Numbered from the stretch's first letter, positions 8,747-17,733 are shown. The stretch: DNA of 64,000 nt from Bacillota bacterium (GCA_017577485.2 PKRI02000005.1:1005-65004); one strand, 5' to 3'. Notes: generated from the letters alone by a model not told the origin. Numbers and translations are program-made.

Positions 8747-9304
8747 GTGATTTCCACCAACGACCTGCGCAGCGGTCTGACCATCAACTTCGAAGACGGC
8801 GTTTACATGATCCTCGAGGCCGAACACGTCAAGCAGGGGCGGGGCTCCGCCTTCGTCAGGGTCCGCATGCGGAACGTCAAGACCGGCGCCACCATCAGCC
8901 GCACGCTGAGGGCCGGCGAGAAGGTCGAGCAGGCCGTCATCCAGAAGCGCGAGATGCAGTACCTCTACTCCAGCGGCGACGAGTACTACTTCATGGACAC
9001 GGAGACCTACGACCAGGTCCCCATCCGCGCCGAAGTGCTGGGCGACGCGCTGAAGTTCCTCAAGGAGAACATGGTGGTCCAGGTCCTGGAGTACGAGGGC
9101 AGCATCATCGGCGTGGAACTGCCCAACTCCGTGGAACTGCAGGTGGTCGAGACCGAGCCGGGCGTGCGGGGCGACACCGTCAGCGGCGGCACCAAGCCCG
9201 CCAAGCTGGAGACCGGCGCCGTGGTCCAGGTGCCGCTGTTCGTCAACACCGGCGACGTGATCCGGGTCGACACCCGCACCGGCCATTACCTGGGGCGCGT
9301 CTGA
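8747..9304 (+). CDS. efp: Translation elongation factor P
   Basis: Full-length similarity to Bacillus EF-P (MISTNDLRSGLTI..., VELQVVETEPGVRGDTVSGGTKPAKLETGAVVQVPLFVNTGDVIRVDTRTGHYLGRV). GTG start with GGGGAGG upstream. The loop tip reads KQGRG rather than KPGKG. Confidence 0.95.
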   Translation: MISTNDLRSGLTINFEDGVYMILEAEHVKQGRGSAFVRVRMRNVKTGATISRTLRAGEKVEQAVIQKREMQYLYSSGDEYYFMDTETYDQVPIRAEVLGDALKFLKENMVVQVLEYEGSIIGVELPNSVELQVVETEPGVRGDTVSGGTKPAKLETGAVVQVPLFVNTGDVIRVDTRTGHYLGRV

Positions 9305-9355
9305 GCCGGAGGTTGAGGCGGGCTGCCTGCCGAGACGTTCTGGACCGGCCTCGCC

Positions 9356-9808
9356 ATGGTGCTGATGGCCGTAGGCCTGATCGGGACCGTGGTCCCGGCG
9401 CTGCCGGGCGTGGCGCTGATCTTCGCCGGCGTGCTGGTCCACGCCTGGGGGACCGGCTTCACCGTGGTCAGCGGCCGGTTTGTGCTGGGCATGCTGGCCC
9501 TGACCGTGGCGGCCATGGCCGCCGACTACCTGACGGGCACCGTCATGGCCCGGCGGGCCGGCGCCTCGCGCTGGGGCGTGTGGGGCGCTTTCCTGGGCGG
9601 CGTGCTGGGGACGCTGGTGTTCGGACCCATCGGGCTGCTGGTGGGCCCGCTGCTGGGAGCGGTGGCCGGCGAGTTGCTGAGCGGCCGGAGCACCCAGCGG
9701 GCGGCCGAGGTGGGCTGGCGCGTGGTCGCCGGCGTCTGGATCGGCATCCTGCTGCAGATCGGCATCGGCCTGCTGATGGTGACGCTCTGGGCCGTGCGGG
9801 TGTTCTGA
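9356..9808 (+). CDS. Small integral membrane protein (DUF456-like)
   Basis: 150 aa with four hydrophobic segments and a Gly-rich pattern (GPIGLLVGPLLGAVAGELL) typical of the DUF456 family. The family name is from recollection only. Confidence 0.6.
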   Translation: MVLMAVGLIGTVVPALPGVALIFAGVLVHAWGTGFTVVSGRFVLGMLALTVAAMAADYLTGTVMARRAGASRWGVWGAFLGGVLGTLVFGPIGLLVGPLLGAVAGELLSGRSTQRAAEVGWRVVAGVWIGILLQIGIGLLMVTLWAVRVF

Positions 9809-9877
9809 CGGAGGGCGGTTTGAACGGCCCGGGATGGGTCGAAGCGGCGAACCTGCGGTGAGCAGGCGGTCATCCGG

Positions 9878-9910
9878 CGGCGCCGGCAGGAACCCGGCGC
9901 CGTTTTGTTG
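9878..9910 (+). terminator. Rho-independent terminator after efp / DUF456 gene
   Basis: Perfect 9-bp GC stem CGGCGCCGG (9878-9886) / CCGGCGCCG (9894-9902) with a 7-nt loop, followed by TTTTGTTG. Confidence 0.75.
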
Positions 9911-9920
9911 TAATGGATAT

Positions 9921-9936
9921 TTGAAGATTTGCTCAA
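9921..9936. promoter_or_regulatory. Candidate ArsR/SmtB-type operator upstream of the metal-efflux pair
   Basis: AT-rich island (GGATATTTGAAGATTTGCTCAATTGTTCG) in a GC-rich background. It contains the imperfect inverted repeat TTGAAG-N4-GCTCAA about 90 nt upstream of the ArsR-family gene. Confidence 0.3.
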
Positions 9937-10023
9937 TTGTTCGCCGCTTTGTCCGCATCGTGAACGCGGCCGCCGCAGGCGGGACCGCGGCGCCGCGAGC
10001 GATGGGATGCCAGTCCTGATGAG

Positions 10024-10368
10024 GTGCACGAGGAGGAGTGTGACGATCCCGTGAAGGCTGCCGCCGCGGAACCGGAGCCCCGGCCCGCAGGCGACGAGGT
10101 GGAGCGCCTGGCCGAGATCTTCGGGGCCATCGCCGATCCCACACGGATCCGCATCCTGACCGCCCTCAGCGCCGGCGAGCGGGCCGCCGGCGATCTGGCC
10201 CGGCTTGTGGGCCTGACGCCGTCGGCCGTATCCCACCAGCTTCGCCTGCTGCGCAACCTGCGCCTGGTGCGCAAGCGGCGCGTGGGGCGCCACGCCTACT
10301 ACGCGCTGGACGACGACCACGTGGTCCAACTGCTGCGCCAGGGCCTGGAGCACGTGCGCCATGGCTGA
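10024..10368 (+). CDS. ArsR/SmtB-family metalloregulator (alpha-5 site type, CzrA-like)
   Basis: The wHTH sequence is IFGAIADPTRIRILTAL...LARLVGLTPSAVSHQLRLLRNLRLV. There is no CVC in helix 3. C-terminal D/H ligands (LDDDHVVQLLRQGLEHVRH) are present. The gene overlaps the ATPase start. Confidence 0.85.
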   Translation: MHEEECDDPVKAAAAEPEPRPAGDEVERLAEIFGAIADPTRIRILTALSAGERAAGDLARLVGLTPSAVSHQLRLLRNLRLVRKRRVGRHAYYALDDDHVVQLLRQGLEHVRHG

Positions 10369-12598
10369 GGACGTGGTGGTCAGCCGCTACCGCGTGGCGG
10401 GCCTCACCTGCGCCGACTGCGCCGAGACGGTGCGGCGGGCGGTGTCGGCCGTGGAGGGCGTGGACGAGGTGGAGGTGTCCTTCGCCACCGGCCTGATGCG
10501 GGTGGCTCACCACCGCCCCGTTGACGCGGAGGTGGTGGCGGCGGTGCGGCGGGCCGGCTACCGGGCGGAACGGGTCGACGGCGCCGGTGCCGCCGCAGAG
10601 CACGGCGGCGAGGCCTGGTGGCGCGGGTCCCGGGCGCCGGCGACGCTGCTGTCGGGGCTGCTGGCGGCCGGCGGCTTCCTGGCCTCGACGCTGGAGGCCG
10701 GGCAGCCCTGGGCCGTGACGGCCTGGGCCGCGGCCATCGTCGTAGGCGGCCTGCGGCCCGCCCGGGGTGCCTGGACGGCGCTGCGCCAGCGGCACATCGA
10801 CATGAACGTCCTCATGACCCTGGCGGTCGTGGGCGCGGCGGCCATCGGCGAGTGGAGCGAGGGCGCCGCCGTGGTGTTCCTGTATTCCCTGGGAGAGCTG
10901 CTGGAGGAGGCCGCGGTCGCCGGCACCCGCCGGTCCATCCGCCACCTGATGAACCTGACGCCCCCCGAGGCCGAGGTGCTGCGCGACGGCCGGGTCGTGC
11001 CGGTGCCGGTGGCGGAAGTCCGGGTGGGCGAGCGGGTGCTGGTGCGGCCCGGCGGCCGCGTGCCGGTGGACGGGCGCATCGCCGCCGGCCGGGCCGCCCT
11101 CAACGAGGCCCCCATCACCGGCGAGGCCGCGGCCGTCGACAAGGGACCCGGCGACGAGGTCTTCGCCGGCACCGTCAGCGAGAACGGCTACCTGGAAGTG
11201 GACGCCCTCCGGGTGGCCGGCGACACCACCCTGAGCCGCATCATCCACATGGTGGAGGAGGCCCAGCAGCGGCGCGCCCGGGTCCAGCGCTGGATCGACG
11301 ACTTCGCCCGGCGCTACACGCCGGCGGTGGTGGCGGCCGCTGCCCTGGTGGCCGTGGTCCCGCCGCTTTGCGGGGCACCCTGGGAACCCTGGCTTTACCG
11401 GGGACTGGCGCTGCTGATCCTGGCCTGCCCCTGCGCGCTGGTGATCTCGACGCCGGTGGCGGTGGTCAGCGCCATCGGCCGCGCCGCCCGCTGGGGCGTG
11501 CTGATCAAGGGCGGTGCCCACCTGGAGGCCCTGAGCCGCGTGCGGGTGGTGGCCCTGGACAAGACCGGCACGCTGACCCTGGGCCGCCCCCAGGTAACGG
11601 ACGCGGTGCCGCTGGACGACGTGGCGCGGCTGGACGGGGCCGCGCCCGGCGCCCCCACCGACCGCCTGCTGGCCCTGGCCGCTGCGGCCCAGATGCCGTC
11701 GGAGCACCCGCTGGGGCGGGCCGTGGTGGCCGCGGCGCGGGCCCGGGGCCTCGAGCCGGCGCCGCCGGAATCCTTTGAGGTCTATCCGGGGCAGGGCGTC
11801 CGGGCCCGCGTCCAGGGCATGGACGTGGTGGTGGGCACCCTGGCTTTCGCAGCCGCCCAGGCCGGCCTGGACCCGTCCGCTGCCGCCGCTCCCGCCTCCG
11901 CCCTGGAGGCCGGGGGCAAGACCGTGGTGGCCGTGGCCCGCCTGGCCAGCCCCGGGCGTCCCGCCTGCTGGCTGGGCCTCATCGCCCTGGCCGACGAGAT
12001 CCGCCCCGGGGCGGCCGCGCTGATCAGCCGGCTGCGGGCGGCAGGGGTCCGCCGCATCGTCATGCTCACCGGCGACGCCGAGCCCGCCGCCCGCCGGGTG
12101 GCGGCGGCGGTGGGCATCGACGAGGTACGCTGCCGGCTGCTGCCGGAGGGCAAGATGCGGGCAATCGAGGCCCTGGAGGCGGAAGAGGGCGGCGGGGTCC
12201 TCTACGTGGGCGACGGCATCAACGACGCGCCGGCCCTGGCCCGGGCCTCGGTAGGGGTGGCCATGGGCGCGGCCGGCACCGCCGCCGCCGTGGAAACCGC
12301 CGGCGTGGTCCTGATGGGAGACGACCTGGACCGGCTGCCGCGGGCCCTGGACCTGGCCCGCCGGGCCCTGGGGGTCATCCGCCAGAACGTGGCGTTCTCG
12401 CTGGCGGTCAAGGCGGCGGCGCTGGTCCTGCTGGCGGCCGGCCGCCTGTCGCTGTGGCTGGCCATCGCCGCCGACACCGGCGCGACGCTGGTGGTCGTCG
12501 CCAACGGGCTGCGCCTGCTGCGGGCCCCCGCCGGTCACGAACGGCGGGCTCCGGAGCCGGCCGCCGACACCACCGCCCCCAGCCGCACCACGGCGTAG
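10361..12598 (+). CDS. Heavy-metal P1B-type ATPase (Zn/Cd/Co-type exporter)
   Basis: N-terminal HMA domain GLTCADCA, TM6 CPC motif (ACPCALVISTP), phosphorylation site DKTGTLT and hinge GDGINDAPAL. Confidence 0.92.
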   Translation: MAEDVVVSRYRVAGLTCADCAETVRRAVSAVEGVDEVEVSFATGLMRVAHHRPVDAEVVAAVRRAGYRAERVDGAGAAAEHGGEAWWRGSRAPATLLSGLLAAGGFLASTLEAGQPWAVTAWAAAIVVGGLRPARGAWTALRQRHIDMNVLMTLAVVGAAAIGEWSEGAAVVFLYSLGELLEEAAVAGTRRSIRHLMNLTPPEAEVLRDGRVVPVPVAEVRVGERVLVRPGGRVPVDGRIAAGRAALNEAPITGEAAAVDKGPGDEVFAGTVSENGYLEVDALRVAGDTTLSRIIHMVEEAQQRRARVQRWIDDFARRYTPAVVAAAALVAVVPPLCGAPWEPWLYRGLALLILACPCALVISTPVAVVSAIGRAARWGVLIKGGAHLEALSRVRVVALDKTGTLTLGRPQVTDAVPLDDVARLDGAAPGAPTDRLLALAAAAQMPSEHPLGRAVVAAARARGLEPAPPESFEVYPGQGVRARVQGMDVVVGTLAFAAAQAGLDPSAAAAPASALEAGGKTVVAVARLASPGRPACWLGLIALADEIRPGAAALISRLRAAGVRRIVMLTGDAEPAARRVAAAVGIDEVRCRLLPEGKMRAIEALEAEEGGGVLYVGDGINDAPALARASVGVAMGAAGTAAAVETAGVVLMGDDLDRLPRALDLARRALGVIRQNVAFSLAVKAAALVLLAAGRLSLWLAIAADTGATLVVVANGLRLLRAPAGHERRAPEPAADTTAPSRTTA

Positions 12599-14265
12599 CA
12601 GGCCAGGGCAGCCGCCAGCGCCGCCGCCCGGACGGTGCCGGGCCCGGCCAGCGGCGCCAGGGCCAGGCGGACCGCACCGCCGGCGGCCAGCCCCGCCGCG
12701 CCGGCCACCCAGGCGGGCACCACCGGCGCCAGGATGCCCAGGCCCAGCCCGCTGTAGTACCCGGCCAGGGCCAGGTCCAGCAGGGCGGCCGCGGCCGCCG
12801 CCGCCGTCAGCGAGATCACCACGGCATCGATCCCCAGGCCCATGCGGCTGCCCAGTACCACCAGCAGGCCGAGCCTCAGGCCCATCGTGGCGAAGTCCAC
12901 CACCATGGGCTCGGTGGCCCGTTCCAGTCCCCGGAGGACCGCCGCGGCCACGTGGTCCACGTACACCACGGCCGCCAGCAGTGCCAGCCGCTCCGCCAGC
13001 CGCCCGGCGGAGGGGTATCCCGCGCCGTCGCCTGTGAAGCCGAAGAGGACGGCGGTGAGCCACCCGCCGGCAAAGGCCAGCACCAGGGTGGTGAGGACCC
13101 CCAGGTCCGCCGTCAGGGTCAGGGCCCGCCGCACCCGGTGGTGGAGGAGGGCCGGCCGGTCGGTCACCTCGGCCACGCCGGGCACCAGGGTGTGGGTCAG
13201 GGCGTGGACCACCACGTTGGGCAGGAAGATGAGAGGCGAGGCCATGGCCGTCAACTCGCCGTAGGCTGCCACCGCTGCGCCCAGGGTGGCGCCGGACCGC
13301 TGCAGGGCCGCCGGGATCAGGGTGGCCTCGGCCAGCCGTTCCAGGCTCCAGGCCGCCCGCTGCAACCCCATGGGCACCGCCATGCGGACGACCCGGCTCA
13401 GGGTTTGGGGCTCACCGCCGGCCGCCGGCCGCGGTGCGCCCAGCGGCCGCAGGACCCAGGGCTCGGCCAGCAGCCGGCGGTAGGCGGTCCACAGCAGCAG
13501 GCAGCCCACGCCCTCCCCGATGATGAGGTTGATCATGACGATCCTGAGCCGGGCCTCGGCCCCCGCCGCGCCCGCCGAAGCCGCCCCCGATCCGCCCACG
13601 CCGGCCCAGCCCATCCCCGCCCAGCCCAGCAGCGCCGCCAGCACCAGCAGCCGCAGCATCTGCTCGCCCACCTGGGCCGAGACTACCGGCAGCACCCGCT
13701 GCTGCCCGAAGAACACGCCGCGGAGGGCGGCCGACACCACGGCCAGGGCCACCGCCGGCGCCAGCAGCGGCAGGGGCACCAGCTGCCTGGCCAGGTCCCA
13801 ACCGGCGCCGGGCGGGCTCCACCCGGTGGTGAGAATGGCGCCCAAGACCACCGCCAGCAAGGCCAGCGTCAGGGCGATGACCTGCACCACGAGCCGGCGG
13901 GTGTCGGCGGGGACCCCTTCGCTGCGCCGGCCGGCCACCACCCGGGACAGGGCGCTGGGCAGCCCCGCGATGAAGGGCAGCAGCACCGCGAAGTACAGCG
14001 ACATGGCCATCTGAAAGAGGCCCAGGGCCTCGGCGCCCAGGAAGCGGCTGAGGACCATCCGGTAGACCAGTCCCACGGCACGGTTGACGGCGTTGCCCAG
14101 CGCCAGCAGGCCGGTGGACCGCACCAGCGATCGGGGAGGGGTGCGGCGATGCGGCCCGGCCGGCGGCGGGCCGGCCGGGGAAGGACCGGCCGCGGTCCGG
14201 ATGGGAGGCCGAGGCCGCCTCCAGGCCGGCAGCCGGAACAGCAGGTGGATGGGGGGCATCCTCAT
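12535..14265 (-). CDS. spoVB: MOP-superfamily polysaccharide/lipid II-type flippase, SpoVB-like
   Basis: 576 aa and highly polytopic. The N-terminal pattern LLALGNAVNRAVGLVYRMVLSRFLGAEALGLFQMAMSLY matches SpoVB/MurJ-like proteins. RBS GGGAGGA is upstream of ATG 14265. The 3' end overlaps the ATPase gene by 64 nt (convergent). The symbol is tentative. Confidence 0.65.
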   Translation of the reverse strand: MRMPPIHLLFRLPAWRRPRPPIRTAAGPSPAGPPPAGPHRRTPPRSLVRSTGLLALGNAVNRAVGLVYRMVLSRFLGAEALGLFQMAMSLYFAVLLPFIAGLPSALSRVVAGRRSEGVPADTRRLVVQVIALTLALLAVVLGAILTTGWSPPGAGWDLARQLVPLPLLAPAVALAVVSAALRGVFFGQQRVLPVVSAQVGEQMLRLLVLAALLGWAGMGWAGVGGSGAASAGAAGAEARLRIVMINLIIGEGVGCLLLWTAYRRLLAEPWVLRPLGAPRPAAGGEPQTLSRVVRMAVPMGLQRAAWSLERLAEATLIPAALQRSGATLGAAVAAYGELTAMASPLIFLPNVVVHALTHTLVPGVAEVTDRPALLHHRVRRALTLTADLGVLTTLVLAFAGGWLTAVLFGFTGDGAGYPSAGRLAERLALLAAVVYVDHVAAAVLRGLERATEPMVVDFATMGLRLGLLVVLGSRMGLGIDAVVISLTAAAAAAALLDLALAGYYSGLGLGILAPVVPAWVAGAAGLAAGGAVRLALAPLAGPGTVRAAALAAALACYAVVRLGAVVSAAGSGARRS

Positions 14266-14444
14266 CGTCGTCCTCCCGCTGCGGGACGGAATCCCTAATG
14301 TGTATGCGCGGGTGGACGCCCGCCCGGCGCCGGGATCCGCCTCGGGATCCGGCGCCGGCGCGCCCCGCCGGACGCCTTGCGCGGGGTAGGCGGCGCCGCC
14401 CGCAGCGGCAGGAACCCCCGATCAGCCCTGGAACACCGATAGAC

Positions 14445-15572
14445 ATGGCCTACACTCCCTTTCTGGTCGAGCGCTGGATGTCGGCCCACGAGCAGCGGGC
14501 CCGCTTCAACCTGGGCGAGAGCGGCGTGCAGCCCCTGCGCCTGGGTGAACTGCTGGCCCTGGCCGAGGCTGCGGGCCGCACCGGGGCCCGCCGGGAACTG
14601 GATGAACTGGTGCTGACCTACGACGAAACCCCGGGCACCCTGGAATTGCGGCGGCGGGTGGCGGCCCTGTACGGGATCGAACCGGAAGAGGTGCTGATCA
14701 CCCAGGGCGCCATCGAGGCCAACTACCTGCTGTTCCGAGCGCTGGTGGAGCCGGGCGACGCGGTGGTCAGCATGTTCCCGGCCTACCAGCAGCTTTACAG
14801 CGCCGCCGCCATGGCGGGGGCCGAGGTGCGGCTGTGGCGGCTGCGGCCGGAGGACGGGTTCGTGCCCGACCTGCGGGCCCTGGAGCGCCTGCTGGACCGG
14901 CGGGTGCGCCTGATCGTCATCAACACGCCCCACAATCCCACGGGCACCGTGCTGGACGAGGCCGCGCTGCGGACCATCCTGGCCTGGGCCGAGGACATCG
15001 ACGCCCTGGTGCTGTGCGACGAGGCTTACCACGGTATCGTCCACGGGGGCGGGACAGTCCCGCCGGCGGCCCGGACCCTGAGTCCCAGGGCCGTGTCGGT
15101 GTCGACGCTGTCCAAGACCATGGGGCTGGCGGGGCTGCGCATCGGCTGGCTGGCGGCCACGCGGCCCATCGTGGAGCGGTGCTGGGGCTACCGCGATTAC
15201 GTCACCATTTCGGTGTCGCGCCTGAGCGACGCCCTGGCCTGCCTGGCCCTGGACCTGCGGCCGCAGTTGCTGGAGCGCGCCCGGGCCATCGTGGCTCGGA
15301 ACCTGGCGCAGATCGAGGTCTGGATGGAACGGCACGCCGGGGACTTCGAATGGGTGGCGCCCCGCGGCGGCATCGTCTGCTTCCCCCGGCTGCGCCGCAC
15401 CGCCGATTCCGAGGCGTTCTGCCGCGGCCTGATGGAGCAGGAGGGGGTGCTGCTGGTGCCCGGCAGCGCCTTCGAGATGCCCGATCGCGTGCGGATCGGC
15501 ATGGGCGAGGATCCCGGCGTGGTGGCCTCCGGGCTGGAGCGGGTGAGCCGGTACCTGGCCGGGAAGGGGTAG
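14445..15572 (+). CDS. Class I/II pyridoxal-phosphate aminotransferase
   Basis: Signatures include INTPHNPTG and SKTMGLAGLRIGW (PLP-lysine region). I moved the start to in-frame ATG 14445 (MAYTPFLVERW) because the upstream part of the track ORF is Arg/Pro junk. Confidence 0.8.
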   Translation: MAYTPFLVERWMSAHEQRARFNLGESGVQPLRLGELLALAEAAGRTGARRELDELVLTYDETPGTLELRRRVAALYGIEPEEVLITQGAIEANYLLFRALVEPGDAVVSMFPAYQQLYSAAAMAGAEVRLWRLRPEDGFVPDLRALERLLDRRVRLIVINTPHNPTGTVLDEAALRTILAWAEDIDALVLCDEAYHGIVHGGGTVPPAARTLSPRAVSVSTLSKTMGLAGLRIGWLAATRPIVERCWGYRDYVTISVSRLSDALACLALDLRPQLLERARAIVARNLAQIEVWMERHAGDFEWVAPRGGIVCFPRLRRTADSEAFCRGLMEQEGVLLVPGSAFEMPDRVRIGMGEDPGVVASGLERVSRYLAGKG

Positions 15573-15969
15573 CCGGGCCGGGGTGATGCGGGGCAGCCGG
15601 GCCGGGGGAACGGCCGGGCCGGTGTCCTCTGCGGTCTCCTCCGCAGTGCCCTCCGCGCCGGGGGGCGCCTGGGTCGCCGCTTAGGGACGGGGCAGGGTCC
15701 TTATCTGGAGTTCGTTGTTCCACTCTTGGTACAGTTCACAGTTCCTGGGTCCCGAAGGCGCCGAACAATACCGACCTTCGCCCTACTTCTGTTAACCTGA
15801 CCCCAGCCTGCCGCTTTCCGTAAACTCGCAGGTCCGATTGTGGACCACATCCCGCGCTCAGGCCCCTGCCGCCACGGAGCAGGTCCAAAATCGGCACTGG
15901 CCTCCGCGGATTGGACCGAAGCCGGCGGCCTTAACCGCCGCGGTCCCCGTCCGACCCTCCCGAACCCCC

Positions 15970-15999
15970 GTCATAAAGCCTGCGGACGACCCATAGGCA
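15970..15999 (+). promoter_or_regulatory. Candidate mother-cell (sigma-E-like) promoter for spoIIIA
   Basis: GTCATAAA-N14-CATAGGCA resembles the sporulation sigma-E pattern (..ATA.. at -35, CATA...T at -10). It lies about 25 nt upstream of the spoIIIAA start and its RBS GGAGGGA. Confidence 0.3.
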
Positions 16000-16024
16000 T
16001 GCACCGGACGGAGGGACAGGTCCG

Positions 16025-17209
16025 GTGGCGATGGCCCGGCGCGTTGACAGCAGGCTTGACAGCCCCGCGGTCCCGGCGGGGACCCACGGGGTCCCAGGCC
16101 CGGCAACAGACCGCCCGCCGGTACAACCCGTGCCCAAGCGCCGGCAGGACGGTGGTGCGCTCCACCCCGGCGCCGCGGTCGACAACCCGCCGGTGCGCGA
16201 CGATCTGGCGGAACTGCTGCCGTGGCTGGCCCCGCCCGTGGCGCGGGCCCTGGCGGGCCTGTCGCCGGACGTCAGGGCCGGTGTGGAAGAGGTGCGGCTC
16301 CGCGCCGGACGCCCCCTGGAAGTGGTGACGGCTGCAGGCGGCCGGTTCGTGGCGCCCGACGGGCAGACCGTCGACGAGGAGGACGAGGCCCTGCCGGTCA
16401 CGCCCGGCCTGCTCGAGCAGACCTGGCAGATTGCCTGCGAGGCGTCGGTCTACAGCCGCGTCGACGAAACCCGGCACGGCTACCTCACCCTGCCGGGGGG
16501 GCACCGGGTGGGCGTGTCCGGGCGCCTGCTGGTGGAGGACGGGCGTATCCGGCGCCTGCGCCACGTGGGAGGCCTGAATTTCCGCCTGGCCCGGGAGCGG
16601 CCCGGATGCGCCGACCCGGTCCTTGATGCCGTCTGGGAGGCCGCCGCCGCACTGCCCCGCCACACCCTGATCCTCTCGCCGCCCGGGGCCGGGAAGACCA
16701 CGCTGCTGCGGGACCTGGTGCGCCAGCTTTCGCGGGGCGTGCCGGCACGGGGCATTCCCGGGCTGCGGGTCAGCGTGGTCGACGAGCGGGGCGAGCTGGC
16801 CGCCTGCCGGGACGGTGTGCCCACCCGCGACGTCGGGCCCCGCACCGATGTGCTGGACGGCTGTCCCAAAGCGGCGGGCATCGAGATGGCCGTGCGGGCC
16901 CTCAACCCCCAGGTGGTGGCCTTTGACGAACTGGGCGGGGCCCGGGACGCCCTGGCCGTGGAGGAGGCCGCCCATGCCGGCGTGCGGGTGCTGGCCACCG
17001 CCCACGCCGCCGACGAGGTGGACCTGGCCCGGCGCCCTTCCCTGGCCCGGCTGGTCCGGCAGGGGCTGTTCCAGCGGGTGGTGGTGCTGACCAGCAGGCC
17101 GCGGCCGGGGACCGTGCGGTATGCCGGGCCTCCCCGGGTGCCGGGGACCCGATCCCGGGATGCGTGGCTCGTCCGCCGCATCAGCCTCGAGGGCCGGGGG
17201 CTGCCGTGA
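16025..17209 (+). CDS. spoIIIAA: Stage III sporulation protein AA (ATPase)
   Basis: Walker A LILSPPGAGKTTLLRDL, then VVDERGELA and VVAFDELG. It is the first gene of an eight-gene spoIIIA-type array. The GTG start has RBS GGAGGGA 7 nt upstream, and the N-terminus is longer than in Bacillus. Confidence 0.85.
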   Translation: MAMARRVDSRLDSPAVPAGTHGVPGPATDRPPVQPVPKRRQDGGALHPGAAVDNPPVRDDLAELLPWLAPPVARALAGLSPDVRAGVEEVRLRAGRPLEVVTAAGGRFVAPDGQTVDEEDEALPVTPGLLEQTWQIACEASVYSRVDETRHGYLTLPGGHRVGVSGRLLVEDGRIRRLRHVGGLNFRLARERPGCADPVLDAVWEAAAALPRHTLILSPPGAGKTTLLRDLVRQLSRGVPARGIPGLRVSVVDERGELAACRDGVPTRDVGPRTDVLDGCPKAAGIEMAVRALNPQVVAFDELGGARDALAVEEAAHAGVRVLATAHAADEVDLARRPSLARLVRQGLFQRVVVLTSRPRPGTVRYAGPPRVPGTRSRDAWLVRRISLEGRGLP

Positions 17210-17733
17210 GCGCCTGGCTGCGCCTGGCCGGCGCGGTCCTGCTGGTGGGCGCCGGCTGGGCCCTGGGGGCGGCGGCTGCCCAGCGTCACCGGAGGCGTCC
17301 CCAGGAACTGGCGGCCCTGCGGACCGCCGTCCAGGTGCTGCTGACCGAGATCGACGTGGGCCTGACCCCCCTGCCCGAGGCCCTGGCCCGGGCAGGGGCG
17401 GCGGTGGGGTACCCGGTGGCCGCCCTGTTCGACGCGGCCCGCGGGGCCCTGGCCGGCGGCCGGGGCATCACCGGCGCCGAGGCCTGGCGGCGGGCGCTGG
17501 ACGAAGCGGCGCCGCTCCTGGCCCTGAACGCCGAGGACTGGGACATCCTGGCCGGCCTGGGAGCCTGTCTCGGACGGTCCGACCGGCAGGATCAGCGCCG
17601 CCACCTGCAGCTGGCGGCGGCCCGCCTGGATGCCGCCGAGCGCCGTGCCCGCCAGGGCTGGGAAGACCGCAGCCGGGTGGCGGTCTACCTGGGGACCCTG
17701 GGCGGGGCGCTGCTGGCGGTGGCGCTGCTGTAG
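17206..17733 (+). CDS. spoIIIAB: Stage III sporulation protein AB
   Basis: GTGA start/stop overlap with spoIIIAA. One N-terminal TM helix and a C-terminal TM flank a helical domain. Position in the operon supports the call. Confidence 0.8.
   Translation: MSAWLRLAGAVLLVGAGWALGAAAAQRHRRRPQELAALRTAVQVLLTEIDVGLTPLPEALARAGAAVGYPVAALFDAARGALAGGRGITGAEAWRRALDEAAPLLALNAEDWDILAGLGACLGRSDRQDQRRHLQLAAARLDAAERRARQGWEDRSRVAVYLGTLGGALLAVALL

Noticed and set aside
12535-12598. A 64-nt convergent overlap between the ATPase 3' end and the SpoVB-like 3' end, considered as a sign of a frameshift or pseudogene.
   Set aside because: Both ORFs are full length with intact motifs up to their C-termini. Only short, non-conserved tails overlap. 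This is plausible in a stop-codon-poor genome.
10166-14446. ORFs 10166..13063 (-, 965 aa), 12454..14298 (+, 614 aa) and 13412..14446 (-, 344 aa).
   Set aside because: They are antisense or alternative frames of the P-type ATPase and the SpoVB-like flippase, with low-complexity Arg/Gly/Pro content. The real genes on the opposite or other frames carry canonical motifs.
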